Shown: positions 13,583 to 26,321, numbered from the stretch's first letter. The stretch is DNA of 43,948 nt from Octopus bimaculoides (GCF_001194135.2 NC_068994.1:12343287-12387234); one strand, 5' to 3'. A program made the numbers and translations. Notes: a model not told the origin generated them from the letters alone.

Positions 13583-14240
13583 GTTTTGAATTTTGGTACA
13601 AGGCCAGCAATTTTTGAGGAAGGAATAAGTCAACTGGTACTTTATTTTATTGACACCAAAAAGATGAAAGGCAAAGTTGACCTCAGTAGGATTTGAATCT
13701 AGAATGTAAAGGGCCAGAAAAAATCCCACTGAGCATTTTGTCTGACTCACAAACAATTCTACAGCTCGCCACCCTAACGATGATAATAATAATGTTTTCA
13801 ACTTTTGGCACAAGGCCAGCAGTCTCTGAGGGGAGAGGAAGTCGATTACGTCGACCCCAGTACTTAACTGATACCTATTTTATTGACCCCATATGAATGA
13901 ACAGCAAAGTCATCTTTGATAGAATTTGAACTCAGAATGTAAAGACAAATGGAAAGCTGTTAAGTATTCTGTCTGGCAAGCTAATGAGTCTACCAGCTCA
14001 CCATCCTAATGATCATAATAATAATCCTTTCTACTATAGGCACAAGGCCTGAAATTTGTGGGGAGGGGACTAGTCGATCACATCGACACCAGTGTTTTGA
14101 CTGCTACTTATTTTATCAACCCTGAAAGAATGAAAGGCAAAGTTGACCGTGGCGGAATTTGAACTCAGAATGTAACAACGGGCGAAATATCGCTAAGCAT
14201 TTTGTCCCGTGTGCTAACAATTCTGCCAGTAAGCCGCCTT
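13583..14240 (-). mobile_element. Three head-to-tail copies of a Nin/Deu-domain-like SINE (family C)
   Basis: Each reads on - as AAGGCGGCGAGCTGGCAGAA...GAGTTCAAATTC...CTTTGCCTTTCATCCTTT..GGGTCGATAAAATAAGTACCAG. Copies are separated by (AAT)n. Approximate copies 13583-13777, 13793-14008, 14026-14240. Confidence 0.85.
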
Positions 14241-14255
14241 GCAACGGTGATGATG

Positions 14256-14328
<73 letters not shown>

Positions 14329-15356
14329 GGAAGGGCATCCAGCTGTAGAAACTCTGCCAAATCAGATTGGAGCCTGGTGTAGCCATCCGGTTTCACCAGT
14401 CCTCAGTTAAATCGTCCAACCCATGCCAGCATGGAAAGTGGACGTTAAACGATGATGATGATGATGATGATTTCCTTTATTAACCACAAGGGTTCACATA
14501 CAATAATATTAAATGACATTGACACAGGCATAAAAAACAACACAAAACAATAATAATAATAATGATGATGATAATGATAAAAGGATACATTATATATGTT
14601 AATAAGATGCAGGAAATATTTGCATTTGATAATCCATATAAGATCGTGACTGGTGTATCATTTGTCAGTGAATATATTTTAGAAGCAATAAATCAAAATA
14701 AACTGCTGAGGCCTTTACAATGTAAAATTTAATGCCTGCTCTAACTGACATAGACTCTAAAATATAGTTTTTCTAGCCATGTAGCTACTACATGTGACCT
14801 ATGCAGCAGAGTCCCTTGATGTTGGACAGCATCAGTCGTGTTTATCTTTTATGTTTTATTTTTTGTTTTAGTCATTGCGCTGTGGCCATACTGGGGTACT
14901 ACTTGAAGAATTTGGTTGAAGAAATTGACCCCAATACTTAAAAAAAAACAAACCAAGAAGCTTGGTACTTATTCTATTGGGTCTCTCTTTGCTGAACTGC
15001 TAAGTTACTGGGATTTAAACAAATCTTCACCAGTTGTCAAGTGGTGGTAGTGAAGACAAATACAAAGATACTGTTGTAATCTTTAAAATGTTGGATTGTT
15101 ATAACACCCACTTCGGTAGTAAAACCAGTAAAGACACGACTATCTCTAACCACATACTCCTGTACTTCACTAACTTCTCTTTACTTATAGTGACTAGGTT
15201 ACTCTATTCATCATGTGGGAGGGGTGTACCATTATTACTAACTCCCTACAACATCTCTCCTTTTAAGTTTTTCTTAGGAAGTGTTTTCCTGGGGTTAAAA
15301 AGTAGTAACATAATGCTATTCATGACTGCCACATTATGTTAGCAAATAAACTTTGC

Positions 15357-15393
<37 letters not shown>

Positions 15394-15454
15394 GCATTTC
15401 TGTCCGGCAGTCGCCATGATAGATCGCTGACCACTACATTCATTTTTTTTTTTT

Positions 15455-15615
15455 TTTCTCCTTGTTTCTCTCGTTATTTCTTTCTGTGTTCCTTTCAGTT
15501 GAAGAGCATAGGCTCGAAACGTCAAAGACTTTCTCTATTCCCGAGCGCTAGACTAACACATCCATTTGTTGTTTACACCACCTGCCTTCGTCTGTTGTTT
15601 TTTTCGTAAATTCTC

Positions 15616-15618
<3 letters not shown>
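15455..15618 (+). mobile_element. Penelope-like terminal fragment with hammerhead-like motif
   Basis: CTTT-CAGTTGA-A-GAGC-ATAG-GCTC-GAAACGTC-AAAG at 15492-15527, ending in (TA)n. A degenerate reverse copy lies at about 40885-40990. Confidence 0.55.
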
Positions 15619-15655
<37 letters not shown>

Positions 15656-16644
15656 TGTACATACATGTATACACACACATACAAATACACTCATGCTTCT
15701 TAGTAATCGCTCACAAGTTTGACCTGGTAGCTTGTATCATGGTTTTGCTCATTGTTTTAGGTGCCTATGTAGCCACAAACAGATATAGTTACCCTTTTTG
15801 GGGTTTACTGCTCTTCATTCAGCAGAACATCAACATTGAAACAGCTGGAAAGGGATAGAGAGAGAGAGAGAAAAAGAGAGAGAAATGAAGGGGGCTGGCT
15901 GCACTAGAACTGAATTGATACTCATTTTCAGCAGAGTAGACAAGGCCACCATGAAATGGAGTGTCTTACTCAAGAATAGAATGCACTGCCCATTTCAGGA
16001 ATGTAAACTCTGACCTTTTGAGGGGCCAACACTCTCAGCACTAGGTCTCCCACCCCCATACATTCACACACACACACACACACACACATGTCTGTGTTTA
16101 TTGAAATCAGAAATACATATAAAATGTGTGAAACCATTGAAATGGATGCGTGTACATATGTGAATATACATGTATACACGTGGGTACTTCTAGGCATTGT
16201 GTGTGTGTGTGTTGAGTTGTGTTGCGTCGTGTGTGTGTGTGTGAATAGTTGAGGCAGATAAAATTGTCTTGATTCCTCTTTCTTGAGAAGACAACATTCC
16301 ATTCTGTGTAAACTATGTGTCTGATAAGAATCTGACATTTCAAGAATATTTCATGTGAAGAATTATCGAGGAATTCAGCTATATGCAACAGTTTGTTGGT
16401 TCTACTGGTGGAGGTAGTAGTAGCTGTAGTAGTGGTGGTGGTAATGGTGGGGGTGGTGGTAGTGGAGGAGTGATGTTTTATTTTGGAGGGGGTAGGTTTG
16501 AGTTTAGGGGTGGGAGATAGTGTTAGCAAAGCAGTGCAGTTGTCATGAATAACTACTGCATATTTGTGCATGTCATCATCATCATCATCATCCTCCTCCT
16601 CCTCATCATCGCCATCATCATCACCATCATCATCACAATCGCTA

Positions 16645-16901
16645 TCTTTTAATCTTTTACTTGTTTCAATCATTGGACTGTGGCCATGCTAGAGCACCAC
16701 CTCGAAGGGCTTTTAGTGAAACAAATTGGCACCAGAGCTTATTATTTTTTTTTTAAAGCCTAGTACTTATTCTATCAGTCTCTTTTGCCGAACCACTAAG
16801 TTACAGGGACATAAACACACCAACACTGATTGTCAAGCGGTGATGGGGGGGACACAAACACAGGCAAAAAGATACACACACATAAATACACTCTCTCTCT
16901 G

Positions 16902-16933
<32 letters not shown>

Positions 16934-17092
16934 GATGGGCTTCTTTCAGTTTCCATTCACCAAATCCACTCACAAGGCTTTGGTTGGCCTGAGGCTATAG
17001 TAGAAGATACTCGCCCAAGGTGCCATGCAGTGGGACTGAACCCAGAACCATGTGGTTACAAAATAAACTTCTTACCACACAGCCACGCCTAT
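16645..17092 (-). mobile_element. Family B SINE, full length
   Basis: Reverse-complement colinear with 7992-8390. Confidence 0.88.
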
Positions 17093-17286
17093 GCTTTTAT
17101 ATTATCAAGTAGAATATTTTTGGTTATGGGATGTAACAGGTCAGAAGGTTACCATTGGTCAGAAGGTTACTATTGTACTTGGTAATTCTGATGACTCATC
17201 AGATATGCTTGCCGAAAGTGCATAGCCTACACAGTGGGCTTCCACAGTCTCCATCTATCAAATTCACTTGCCCAAGGTGCTGCACA

Positions 17287-17482
17287 TATGAGTGGGTACT
17301 GAATAGTTCCTGGCTTTGAGTAAAAGAAAATACAGGAGGATCAGTTAATTATGATTCACACACTTATTGCAGCAGTCCTTCAGTTTTTCTAAACCCTGTA
17401 AAAGAACTCAGAAAGTTGGGCCTCCAGCCAGGCCTTTCGTGATACCCATAAAACTAAGAACTTTTCAGCTCCCCACCTCACA
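17287..17482 (-). mobile_element. Same mariner-type MITE family, reverse copy
   Basis: Reverse complement reads gctgaaaagttc...gggtatcacgaaaggcctggctggaggcccaac...gaaaaactgaaggactgc. Confidence 0.75.
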
Positions 17483-18326
17483 CACACATGCATTTTTTTC
17501 TTTTACCTTTGTGATTCTTTTTGTATGTCTTTTTTTTTTATATTCTACAACAAATAAATAATTCTTTTTTTTTTTATTTGTTTCAGGTGAGTGTGTTTTG
17601 ACTCTATACACCAGGTTCCATTCTTATATATGTTACACAATGGTAAGCGAAATATGCTTGTTTTTTTTTAACTTGAAGGAGGTCATATGACTCACACCCG
17701 TTTCACATGTGATGAAGATGTTCATTTGCCACTGTTGCTGTGGTTTGAGCCCTTCCTAATGCCAACCACATTGAAGCATGTACTGGGTGCTTTTTGCCAT
17801 AGCAACAGCACTTTTGAGGTAAGCAAGCAGCTTGCAAGGCTACAAACCCTGCATGGTGGGGACAGAAGTTTTTTTTTTTTTTTTTTTTTTTTTTGGTATT
17901 TTTTAGGCAATGTGTGGGTAAAGTATAAGAGAAGGGGCCAGAACAGATTTGTTGCTGTTGAGAAGCTACATGACTGTTCGCATTTTAGAAAAGAGGGTGG
18001 GAGTGATCAGGTGCAGCTGGAAAGAGATAAAGATACCAAAGATGAGCTGTCAGGGTGGACTCTCGAGGTATGAGGTGAGTAGAATTGAATACTATTCATG
18101 GATGGGAGAGTGAGTTCTCAGCACCACATTTTATGGATAAATATTCTTTGTTTGTGGATTAACAATGCTACTGATGGTTTCAGATGGAAAGGATTTCCAC
18201 AATCTTCAAACAATCCACTTAAAAATACTGGTAATCGCTTCCATTTTGGAGGTGATTAACAGCATGTAAAAAGGATTTCTACTACCCTTTCCATATGAAA
18301 CTATTGGTGGCACTAATAGAGTAAAG

Positions 18327-18357
<31 letters not shown>

Positions 18358-18702
18358 GCAGCACAGAATTTTGTCAGTGAACAGGTCATGGTCTCAAAGC
18401 GACGAAAATATTTTGACAAATTAAATATAAATGTTGAAGTGAATCTAACGGATTTTGTTTGTTATTTTAAATGGCTTATAAACACCTTCCACGCTACAAT
18501 TGTTTTTGTTTATATATATATATATATATATATACTTATAAACTACGGTTTACACGCTAAATTACCTGCCTCTAGATACCTTCTAACAAAGACGGTACCC
18601 ACACAGGTAATCTCCAGGAGCGCCTTCAGATTTAATTATCCCCTGGCTGCTTAAACACTTCTAGCCCATCACTTGAATGTTTAAACAATCCTAACTTATA
18701 CC

Positions 18703-18729
<27 letters not shown>

Positions 18730-18734
<5 letters not shown>

Positions 18735-18970
18735 ATCCAAGCAAAGAACAACAAATATGAAAAAAACAACAATGCGAGGACATGGTTAAGTAATGTATTA
18801 TCAGATGCTCAGGAAAGGAAAGAAAGAGGATTTAATGTTTTGAGCGAAGCTCTTCTTCAGAAATAGAAGAAAGTCCAAAAGAAGGGAAGACAGAGGAAGA
18901 AAATCACCAACGATTCACATGTGGTTACATTTTGAAACGACTGGAAGGGAATGGGTTAAGAAGAAGTTCT
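18730..18970 (-). mobile_element. Penelope-like terminal fragment with decayed hammerhead motif
   Basis: Minus strand ATTT-CTGAAGA-A-GAGC-TTC-GCTC-AAAACATT-AAAT at 18864-18830, abutting (TA)n. Confidence 0.55.
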
Positions 18971-20860
18971 TTCTAAGACAGGAGAGTGTAAGAGAAGGAG
19001 GTATGTGTACGTGTGGGTATGTGCATGCACGCAGGTCTGTGTGTGTGTAATAATTGCAATTGTGTGTGTGTGTGTGTGATTTCGGCTGTTTATATGTGTA
19101 TGTGTGAGTGGACTGTGTGTCCTTAATGTTGTAGGAAGAAATCCTCTATTTATCTAATATTGAGGTCTCATTCCAGCTGCTTCAGATGCTATGATATCAA
19201 AAATTGTCAAGGTGTAGTTTTTGTTATGGAATGGTGAAACTATTTTTTCGTTTTCTGAAAAGCAACATTTTGAACTTATAACACTTGGGCATAATGGCAA
19301 CGATATCAACGTCATCATCATCATCATCATCACCATCATCATCATCATCGTTTAACGTCTGCTTTCCATGCTGGCATGGGTTGGACGGTTCGACTGGGGT
19401 CCAGGAAGCCAGGAGGCTGCACCAGGCCCCAATCTGATCTGGCAGTGTTTCTACAGCTGGATGCCCTTCCTAATGCCAACCACTCCAAGAGTGTAGTGGG
19501 TGCTTTTTACGTGCCACCTGCACAGGGGCCAGAGGAGCTGGCATCGACCACGATCGGATGGTGCGTTTTACATGCCACCAGCACAGAAGCCAGTCAAGGC
19601 AGCACTGGCATCAGCCACAAAAACACACAAACACTAACACACTATAGGCACCTTTCAGTTTCTGTCTACCTAATCCCTTCACAAGGCTTCGGTCATCTCA
19701 GAGCTATTGTAGAAGACACTTGCCTTAAGTGCCACATAATCAGACTGAACATAGAACCATGTCGTTTTGAAACAGACTTTTCACCACATAGCCATGCTTA
19801 CACCTATGATGTACATACAAATGTGGAATTGCACTAGCTGTAATATCTTATCTGAGAGAAACATCTCCAAAGTGAGGAATGCCATAAGAAATAAAAATTT
19901 TTTTTGCAATTTTTAGCTTTCCAGACAACTACATAAAGGCCTCCCTTGTTCATTTGAATTGCAGTTGGGTGGAAATGGTGTGGATTTATTTGATGTCATT
20001 TGTGGTGGAGAGCTGGGTATAGGGGTGACCGAATCAATAAAATATTGGGCTACATAATCATAGGTCACATGTTCAAATCCAAGTGTGGAATTATTTTGTT
20101 GTGCTTGTTGTTGGGAGACTTTATCCAATGGTGGTAGAAAAAAAAATGGTATGATTTGAGAGAGATTTGGCTGTTATTCTTAGCCGGCTGAGCAATCATA
20201 TAGAAGCTCCCTTGTAAGATTGTTTACTGTTGTTGTTCTCCTCCCTTCCTCCTCTTTCTTCTTTTCTTCTTCCTCTTTTTTGTCTCCTCCTCCTCATCCT
20301 TTTTGTCTCCTCCTCTTCTTCCTCTTCTCACTCCACCCATCATCTTTTACTGTGGCAGCCGTCTCATGTTTGTTTACAAGAATTCAGTCACAGAACATTT
20401 TTAGATAACAGTACTTCTCTTGTTAATCTCAACTAACCTGCTTTTCCCCACCATACACACACTGCAGACCATTACCACCATCATCACCACCACCACCAAC
20501 CAACTGACCAATCAACCAACCACCAACATTACAGCTTTATTGCGAGGCAGCTTCTACACGATTACTTTACATCCTAGAAATAGCAGTCAAATCTCCCTCA
20601 AATTACACTTCTCTGCCTTAAGAGAAGGACTCACTGGAGGATAAACTGGTGCTGGGTTTGCTGCATGTGGGGTAAAAAGATGGGATGTCTGTCTACTGAA
20701 TCAGAGTCGACCAGAGGATAAACAACATCTACTCTGCGTCGTTGTACCAAATTAGGAACACTACTGATACATTCTTATATCAACAGCATTTGGTAGTAAG
20801 ACTCCAGCTTGGGAGTTCCGGAGTTTTAGGGAGTATGTAGTTAACCCTTAGTTACCACTA

Positions 20861-21312
20861 CTCTTTTACTCTTTTACTTGTTTCAGTCATGTGACTGTGG
20901 CCATGCTGGAGCACCGCCTTTAAATCAAGCAAATCGACCCCAGGACTNNNNNNNNNNGAGCACCGCCTTTAAATCAAGCAAATCGACCCCAGGACTTATT
21001 CTTTGTAAGCCTAGTACTTATTCTATCGGTCTCTTTAGCTGAACTTCTAAGTTTCGGGGACGTAAACACACCAGCATTGGTTGTCAAGCGATGTTGCGGG
21101 GACAAACACAGACACACAAACATATACACACACACATGTATATAAACAAATATACAACAGGCTTCTTTCAGTTTCCGTCTACCAAATCCACTCACAAGGC
21201 TTTGGTCGGCCTGAGGCTATAGTAGAAGACACTTGCTCAAGGTGCCACACAGTGGGACTGAACCCGGGACCATGTGGTTGGTAAGCAAGCTACTTACCAC
21301 ACAGCCACTCCT
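20861..21312 (-). mobile_element. Family B SINE, full length, spanning a 10-N gap
   Basis: Colinear with the family. A 39-bp segment is repeated on either side of the gap. Confidence 0.88.
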
Positions 21313-22840
21313 CTCAAGCTTGCTCTTTCCTGGGGTGGTTGTATCTTGTCAAGAGCCCCAGTTATGGGTCACATAGCAGAATATGGTCTTGTGGTTAAGA
21401 CACAGGACTTAGAGGAACAGTGTAGGGCCTGTTCATGCTGTGTGTGTGTCTGTGTGTATGTATGTGTGTGTATACCCTTGTCTAGACATCACATGATGGT
21501 TTTGGATATGCATCATCAGAATAAAGCGAGGTAGTTCGTTTCCAATCTTCCCTGAGAAATATATCGAGCTCTGGAAACAGGTGAGGGTTGGCAACAGGAA
21601 GGGAAAATGATAATGATGTATATATGTGATAGCTTATAAGTACCTTGCTTTTGGGTGTGCATATATGTAATAGTGTGTACTGTTTAATATGTGTGTATAT
21701 CTGTCTTTATATATATATATATGATGGTGTGTGTGTGTGTGTGTGATGGGGATATGGCTTGTGTGTGCCACTGATTTCTGTTGCGAAAATATATGGCGCC
21801 CCAGAATGTACCACTTTTTATAAACCAATGTCCTCCAATGCATATATATATGCATGCATGTGTTTATAGTGTTTATATGTATGCTGGCGTAACAGCAGAT
21901 TGTTATGTAGGTATGTGTGTTTATGCGTGTATTTATAAATACAATCTATGATTATGTGCACGTGTGTGTTTGAGAGAGAAAGTGTGTGTATGTGTGTGTA
22001 GAGAGAGAGAGAGAGAGAACTAAACAGACAGACATCTGTTTCATATGCATAAATGTGTGTATTTGTGTATGTGTTTGTATATTTATAGATGCACATTTGT
22101 GTGTATGTCTGTGTGAATACATGTGTATATATAGCTGTCTATCTGTCTATCTATCTGTCTATCTATCTATCTATCTATATATCATCATCATCGTTTAACG
22201 TCCGCTTTCCATGCTAGCATGGGTTGGACGATTTGACTGAGGACTGGTGAAACCGGAATATATTCTTTTATTCTTTTACATGTTTCAGTTCTAAGGCTGT
22301 GGCCACGCTGGGGCACTGCCAATGTATATATATATATATATATATATATACATACACACACACACATATATATAAACACATCTGTCTGTATGTGTGTGTG
22401 TGTGTGTGTATCACAGTAGCAGTATGTATAGTTGAGTGTGAATGTGAGAAACTGTGTATGAGCTAAGTGTTTCTATTTGTGTCACCTACTTAAGAATTCT
22501 CTGTTGATGTCATATTGTGTCTCAGAATCTGCCAATATCAAATCTAAGATCTTTGTATCTGTTGCTGCTGTTGTTTATAGAAATGGTTATTCAAGTGTCC
22601 TTGTGTCATTGGTAATGTTTCAACTCCAGGTCAGTCTGGGTCATAAAGAAAAAAAAAATATTATGAGCAAAACCTATGACATTCTGGCCATGACGTGATA
22701 TTTGTCCTTTGCCTGTCCAAAGCATTTTCATATGTTTGTTCTAAGCATCTTTGCTTCTTTTCAGGCTTTTAATTAGCCTTTGTTTCAAATGTTCTGAGAA
22801 ATATAAAGCTTTCCTTTCAGAAGTTTTGAGTTGCAAGAAA

Positions 22841-23230
22841 TAATTTGGAATATGTATCACATATGATGCTTGAACACTAGGGAAACATGTCCTGTCTATC
22901 ACATATGTAGTCCCCAAGTCACAAATTACTCTGGTGGAAAAAAAAATTTGGAGTGTGTATCACGTTACACAATAGAAATCCCCAACCTTTCCATTCATAA
23001 GTTTCGAGTTACTCTGGTGGTACAAAAATACTAGTAATGTGTATTGTATATGATGTGTGGACATCAAAGAAATATGTCTGGTGTATCACATGTTATGCAG
23101 CAGAAGTCTCCAAGTCTCGAGTTATTCTGGTGGAAAAAAGAATTTGGAATGTGTATCACATATGATGTGTAAACACTTAGAAGATATGTCCTGCATATCA
23201 CATGCAATACACAGTATCAGCCTCCAACCT
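22841..23230. repeat. Degenerate minisatellite (100-150 bp units)
   Basis: Recurrent blocks agttactctggtgg(aaaa), aatttggaatgtgtatcacatatgatg and atatgtcctg..tatcacatg in 3-4 copies. Confidence 0.75.
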
Positions 23231-23957
23231 TTATTTGCAGCATGCCATACATTTTCCCCATAGACAAGAAGTTCATGGACTGAAAGTTCAACAAAACACA
23301 ATGAAGTGCATAATAAAGTGGTTGGTGTTAGGAAGGGCATCCAGCCATAAAATCCCAGCCAAACACAGACACAGTAGCCTAGGGCAGTTTTTCTACCTGT
23401 CAAGCTCCTGTCAACTATCCTACATATGCATGCATGGAATATGGATGTTAAACAATGATGATGATGATATATAATATGTATATATAGGTGCAGGTGTGGC
23501 TGTGTGGTAAGAAGTTTGCTTCTCAGCCGCATGGTTCCACGTTCAGTCCCACTGCATGATACTAGTGCCTTCTACTATAACCTGGGGCTGACCAAAGCCT
23601 TGTGAGTGGATTTGGGAAACAGAAACATCTAAGACATCTCAACGCTTCTAAAAGCAAACTTCGTTTGTTTGTTTACGTTTATCGTAATTTAAATTTAACA
23701 TAAATGTTTTAAATTTTTTCAAAATTAAAACAATGCAAGTTATAAAAAAATAATTACACATGGTTATGGTTAGTATTTGAAAGCTACCCTTCATACATGC
23801 ACACATAATATGGCATAGAGATGTCAGCTATTAGCATCATTTCTCTATAGAGTCCCCTGAAATATTGAAATACCAGGTAATAGTGCAAACTATTGACCTG
23901 TATTATAAATTTTATATAACTTGCATCGTTTTGGCTTTAAAAGAAGTATTTAAAACT

Positions 23958-24005
<48 letters not shown>

Positions 24006-24006
<1 letters not shown>

Positions 24007-24224
24007 CAATTTAATACACAATTATGAAAGAGCTATTAATAGTTTCATGTTTTTATAATACTTAAAATTGGCAGATTTATAAAACACACCGTGTATCTCC
24101 AAGCAATCTTTCAGGCTTGGTTCATGCTTGGAGACACATGATGTGTTTTATAAATCTGCCAATATTAAGTATCATAAAAGCATGAAACTATTTGTATCTC
24201 TCTTGTAATTGTGTACTAAATTGA
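24006..24224. mobile_element. Fold-back palindrome / MITE with ~100-bp arms
   Basis: Left arm tcaatttaatacacaatta...tagtttcatg...ttggcagatttataaaacac...tctccaagca pairs with right arm tgcttggaga...gtgttttataaatctgccaa...catgaaacta...taattgtgtactaaattga. Loop about 19 nt. Confidence 0.85.
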
Positions 24225-24307
24225 CATTTGTCTCTCACTGGATAGAGTACTTTTTTATTGATTCTACCTATATCAGATCTATATATCTACATACATACAT
24301 ACATACA

Positions 24308-24435
24308 TACATGGTTTGATCAATAAGTATCCGGACTGTTGCCATAGTAACGAAGCTAAAGCACACAGTGAAGCTTCTTGGCTCAAATGGAACTTGAACT
24401 CTGCAGTGCATATGCACTAAGTTTAACTGTTCATG
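24308..24435 (+). mobile_element. Mariner-type left-end fragment
   Basis: TACATGGTTTGATCAATAAGTATCCGGACT resembles mariner TIRs. No matching right end is visible. Confidence 0.55.
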
Positions 24436-24498
24436 CGTGCGTGTGTGTATACACACACACACATATATAGACACGTGTTTTTGTGTGTGTGTATATAT

Positions 24499-24563
<65 letters not shown>

Positions 24564-24591
24564 TATAGACACATTTGTGTTTGTATGTGTA

Positions 24592-24637
<46 letters not shown>

Positions 24638-24642
24638 TTATG

Positions 24643-24677
<35 letters not shown>

Positions 24678-26321
24678 GTATTTATCAATGAGTAAACAAA
24701 CCTGAAGGCTGTAAATTACGGAGAAGTGGTTTAGCCCATCTTTTTGGGGTCAATTGTTGAGGTTTAGTTGCTTTAAATGAAGCATATATTATTAAATAAT
24801 ATATAATCATAGTTATTATTAAAAAGGGCCTATGTGTGTCATTCTTCTTCTCCATAATTTACAGCCTTCAGTCAACTTTCTCAAGTTAACTTTTTGGCAA
24901 ATGGACTAATAATTAACGAAGCTAACTTTTCAATTAACAGTGCCCACTTCTGCATACATATATATATATATATATATATAGAATGTAGTGGGCGCTTTTA
25001 CGTGCCACCGGCACGAGGGCCAGTCACATGGTACTGGCAACGGCCACACTCAAAAAGGTGTTTTTTATGTGCCACCTGCACGGGAGCCAGTCCAGCAGCA
25101 CTGGCAACGGCCTCGCTTGAATGATTTCCTATATATATATATATATATTATGCATAAGCATAAAAATTTATAAATGAAACATTCAAACACTGAGATTTGA
25201 AATCAGATGTTACTACTGTTCATATCATCTGTGGATAAATTCTAAATTTGATGATATCACCAGTAAAACCAGTTACACAGTCAGAGTCTAACGTGACAGT
25301 CACGGATTTCAACTGGTGGTCCACACTGACGAGGCTCAGGGTTAAATACCCAAAAGCCGAAACCTGGTTTGTGGATATCCCTAATTGCATAATATTTTTA
25401 TTTGTGCTGTTATATATATTATGTATATATGTATATATATATANNNNNNNNNNNNNNNNNNNNNNNNNNNNNNNNNNNNNNNNNNNNNNNNNNNNNNNNN
25501 NNNNNNNNNNNNNNNNNNNNNNNNNNNNNNNNNNNNNNNNNNNNNNNNNNNNNNNNNNNNNNNNNNNNNNNNNNNNNNNNNNNNNNNNNNNNNNNNNNNN
25601 NNNNNNNNNNNNNNNNNNNNNNNNNNNNNNNNNNNNNNNNNNNNNNNNNNNNNNNNNNNNNNNNNNNNNNNNNNNNNNNNNNNNNNNNNNNNNNNNNNNN
25701 NNNNNNNNNNNNNNNNNNNNNNNNNNNNNNNNNNNNNNNNNNNNNNNNNNNNNNNNNNNNNNNNNNNNNNNNNNNNNNNNNNNNNNNNNNNNNNNNNNNN
25801 NNNNNNNNNNNNNNNNNNNNNNNNNNNNNNNNNNNNNNNNNNNNNNNNNNNNNNNNNNNNNNNNNNNNNNNNNNNNNNNNNNNNNNNNNNNNNNNNNNNN
25901 NNNNNNNNNNNNNNNNNNNNNNNNNNNNNNNNNNNNNNNNNNNNNNNNNNNNNNNNNNNNNNNNNNNNNNNNNNNNNNNNNNNNNNNNNNNNNNNNNNNN
26001 NNNNNNNNNNNNNNNNNNNNNNNNNNNNNNNNNNNNNNNNNNNNNNNNNNNNNNNNNNNNNNNNNNNNNNNNNNNNNNNNNNNNNNNNNNNNNNNNNNNN
26101 NNNNNNNNNNNNNNNNNNNNNNNNNNNNNNNNNNNNNNNNNNNNNNNNNNNNNNNNNNNNNNNNNNNNNNNNNNNNNNNNNNNNNNNNNNNNNNNNNNNN
26201 NNNNNNNNNNNNNNNNNNNNNNNNNNNNNNNNNNNNNNNNNNNNNNNNNNNNNNNNNNNNNNNNNNNNNNNNNNNNNNNNNNNNNNNNNNNNNNNNNNNN
26301 NNNNNNNNNNNNNNNNNNNNN

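Noticed and set aside
13583-14240. CRISPR-like or regularly spaced repeat array
   Set aside because: The units are ~215-bp eukaryotic SINEs with no short repeat/unique spacer structure and no cas genes.
16107-16673. 188-aa ORF with poly-D/E/T, or a Gly-rich ORF on the opposite strand
   Set aside because: Driven by CAT/GGT microsatellites, with no splice-supported frame and stops in the + frames.
20909-20996. 39-bp direct repeat inside a SINE
   Set aside because: The identical copies flank a 10-N gap, which points to a contig-overlap artefact.
22590-22621. Start exon candidate tatAG|AAATGG...GTCATTG|GTAATG
   Set aside because: Splicing to 29105 gives CVIGTGFIG, lacking the first Gly of GxxGxxG and the expected hydrophobic beta-1 strand. 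Similar candidates near 17170 and 18280 also fail.
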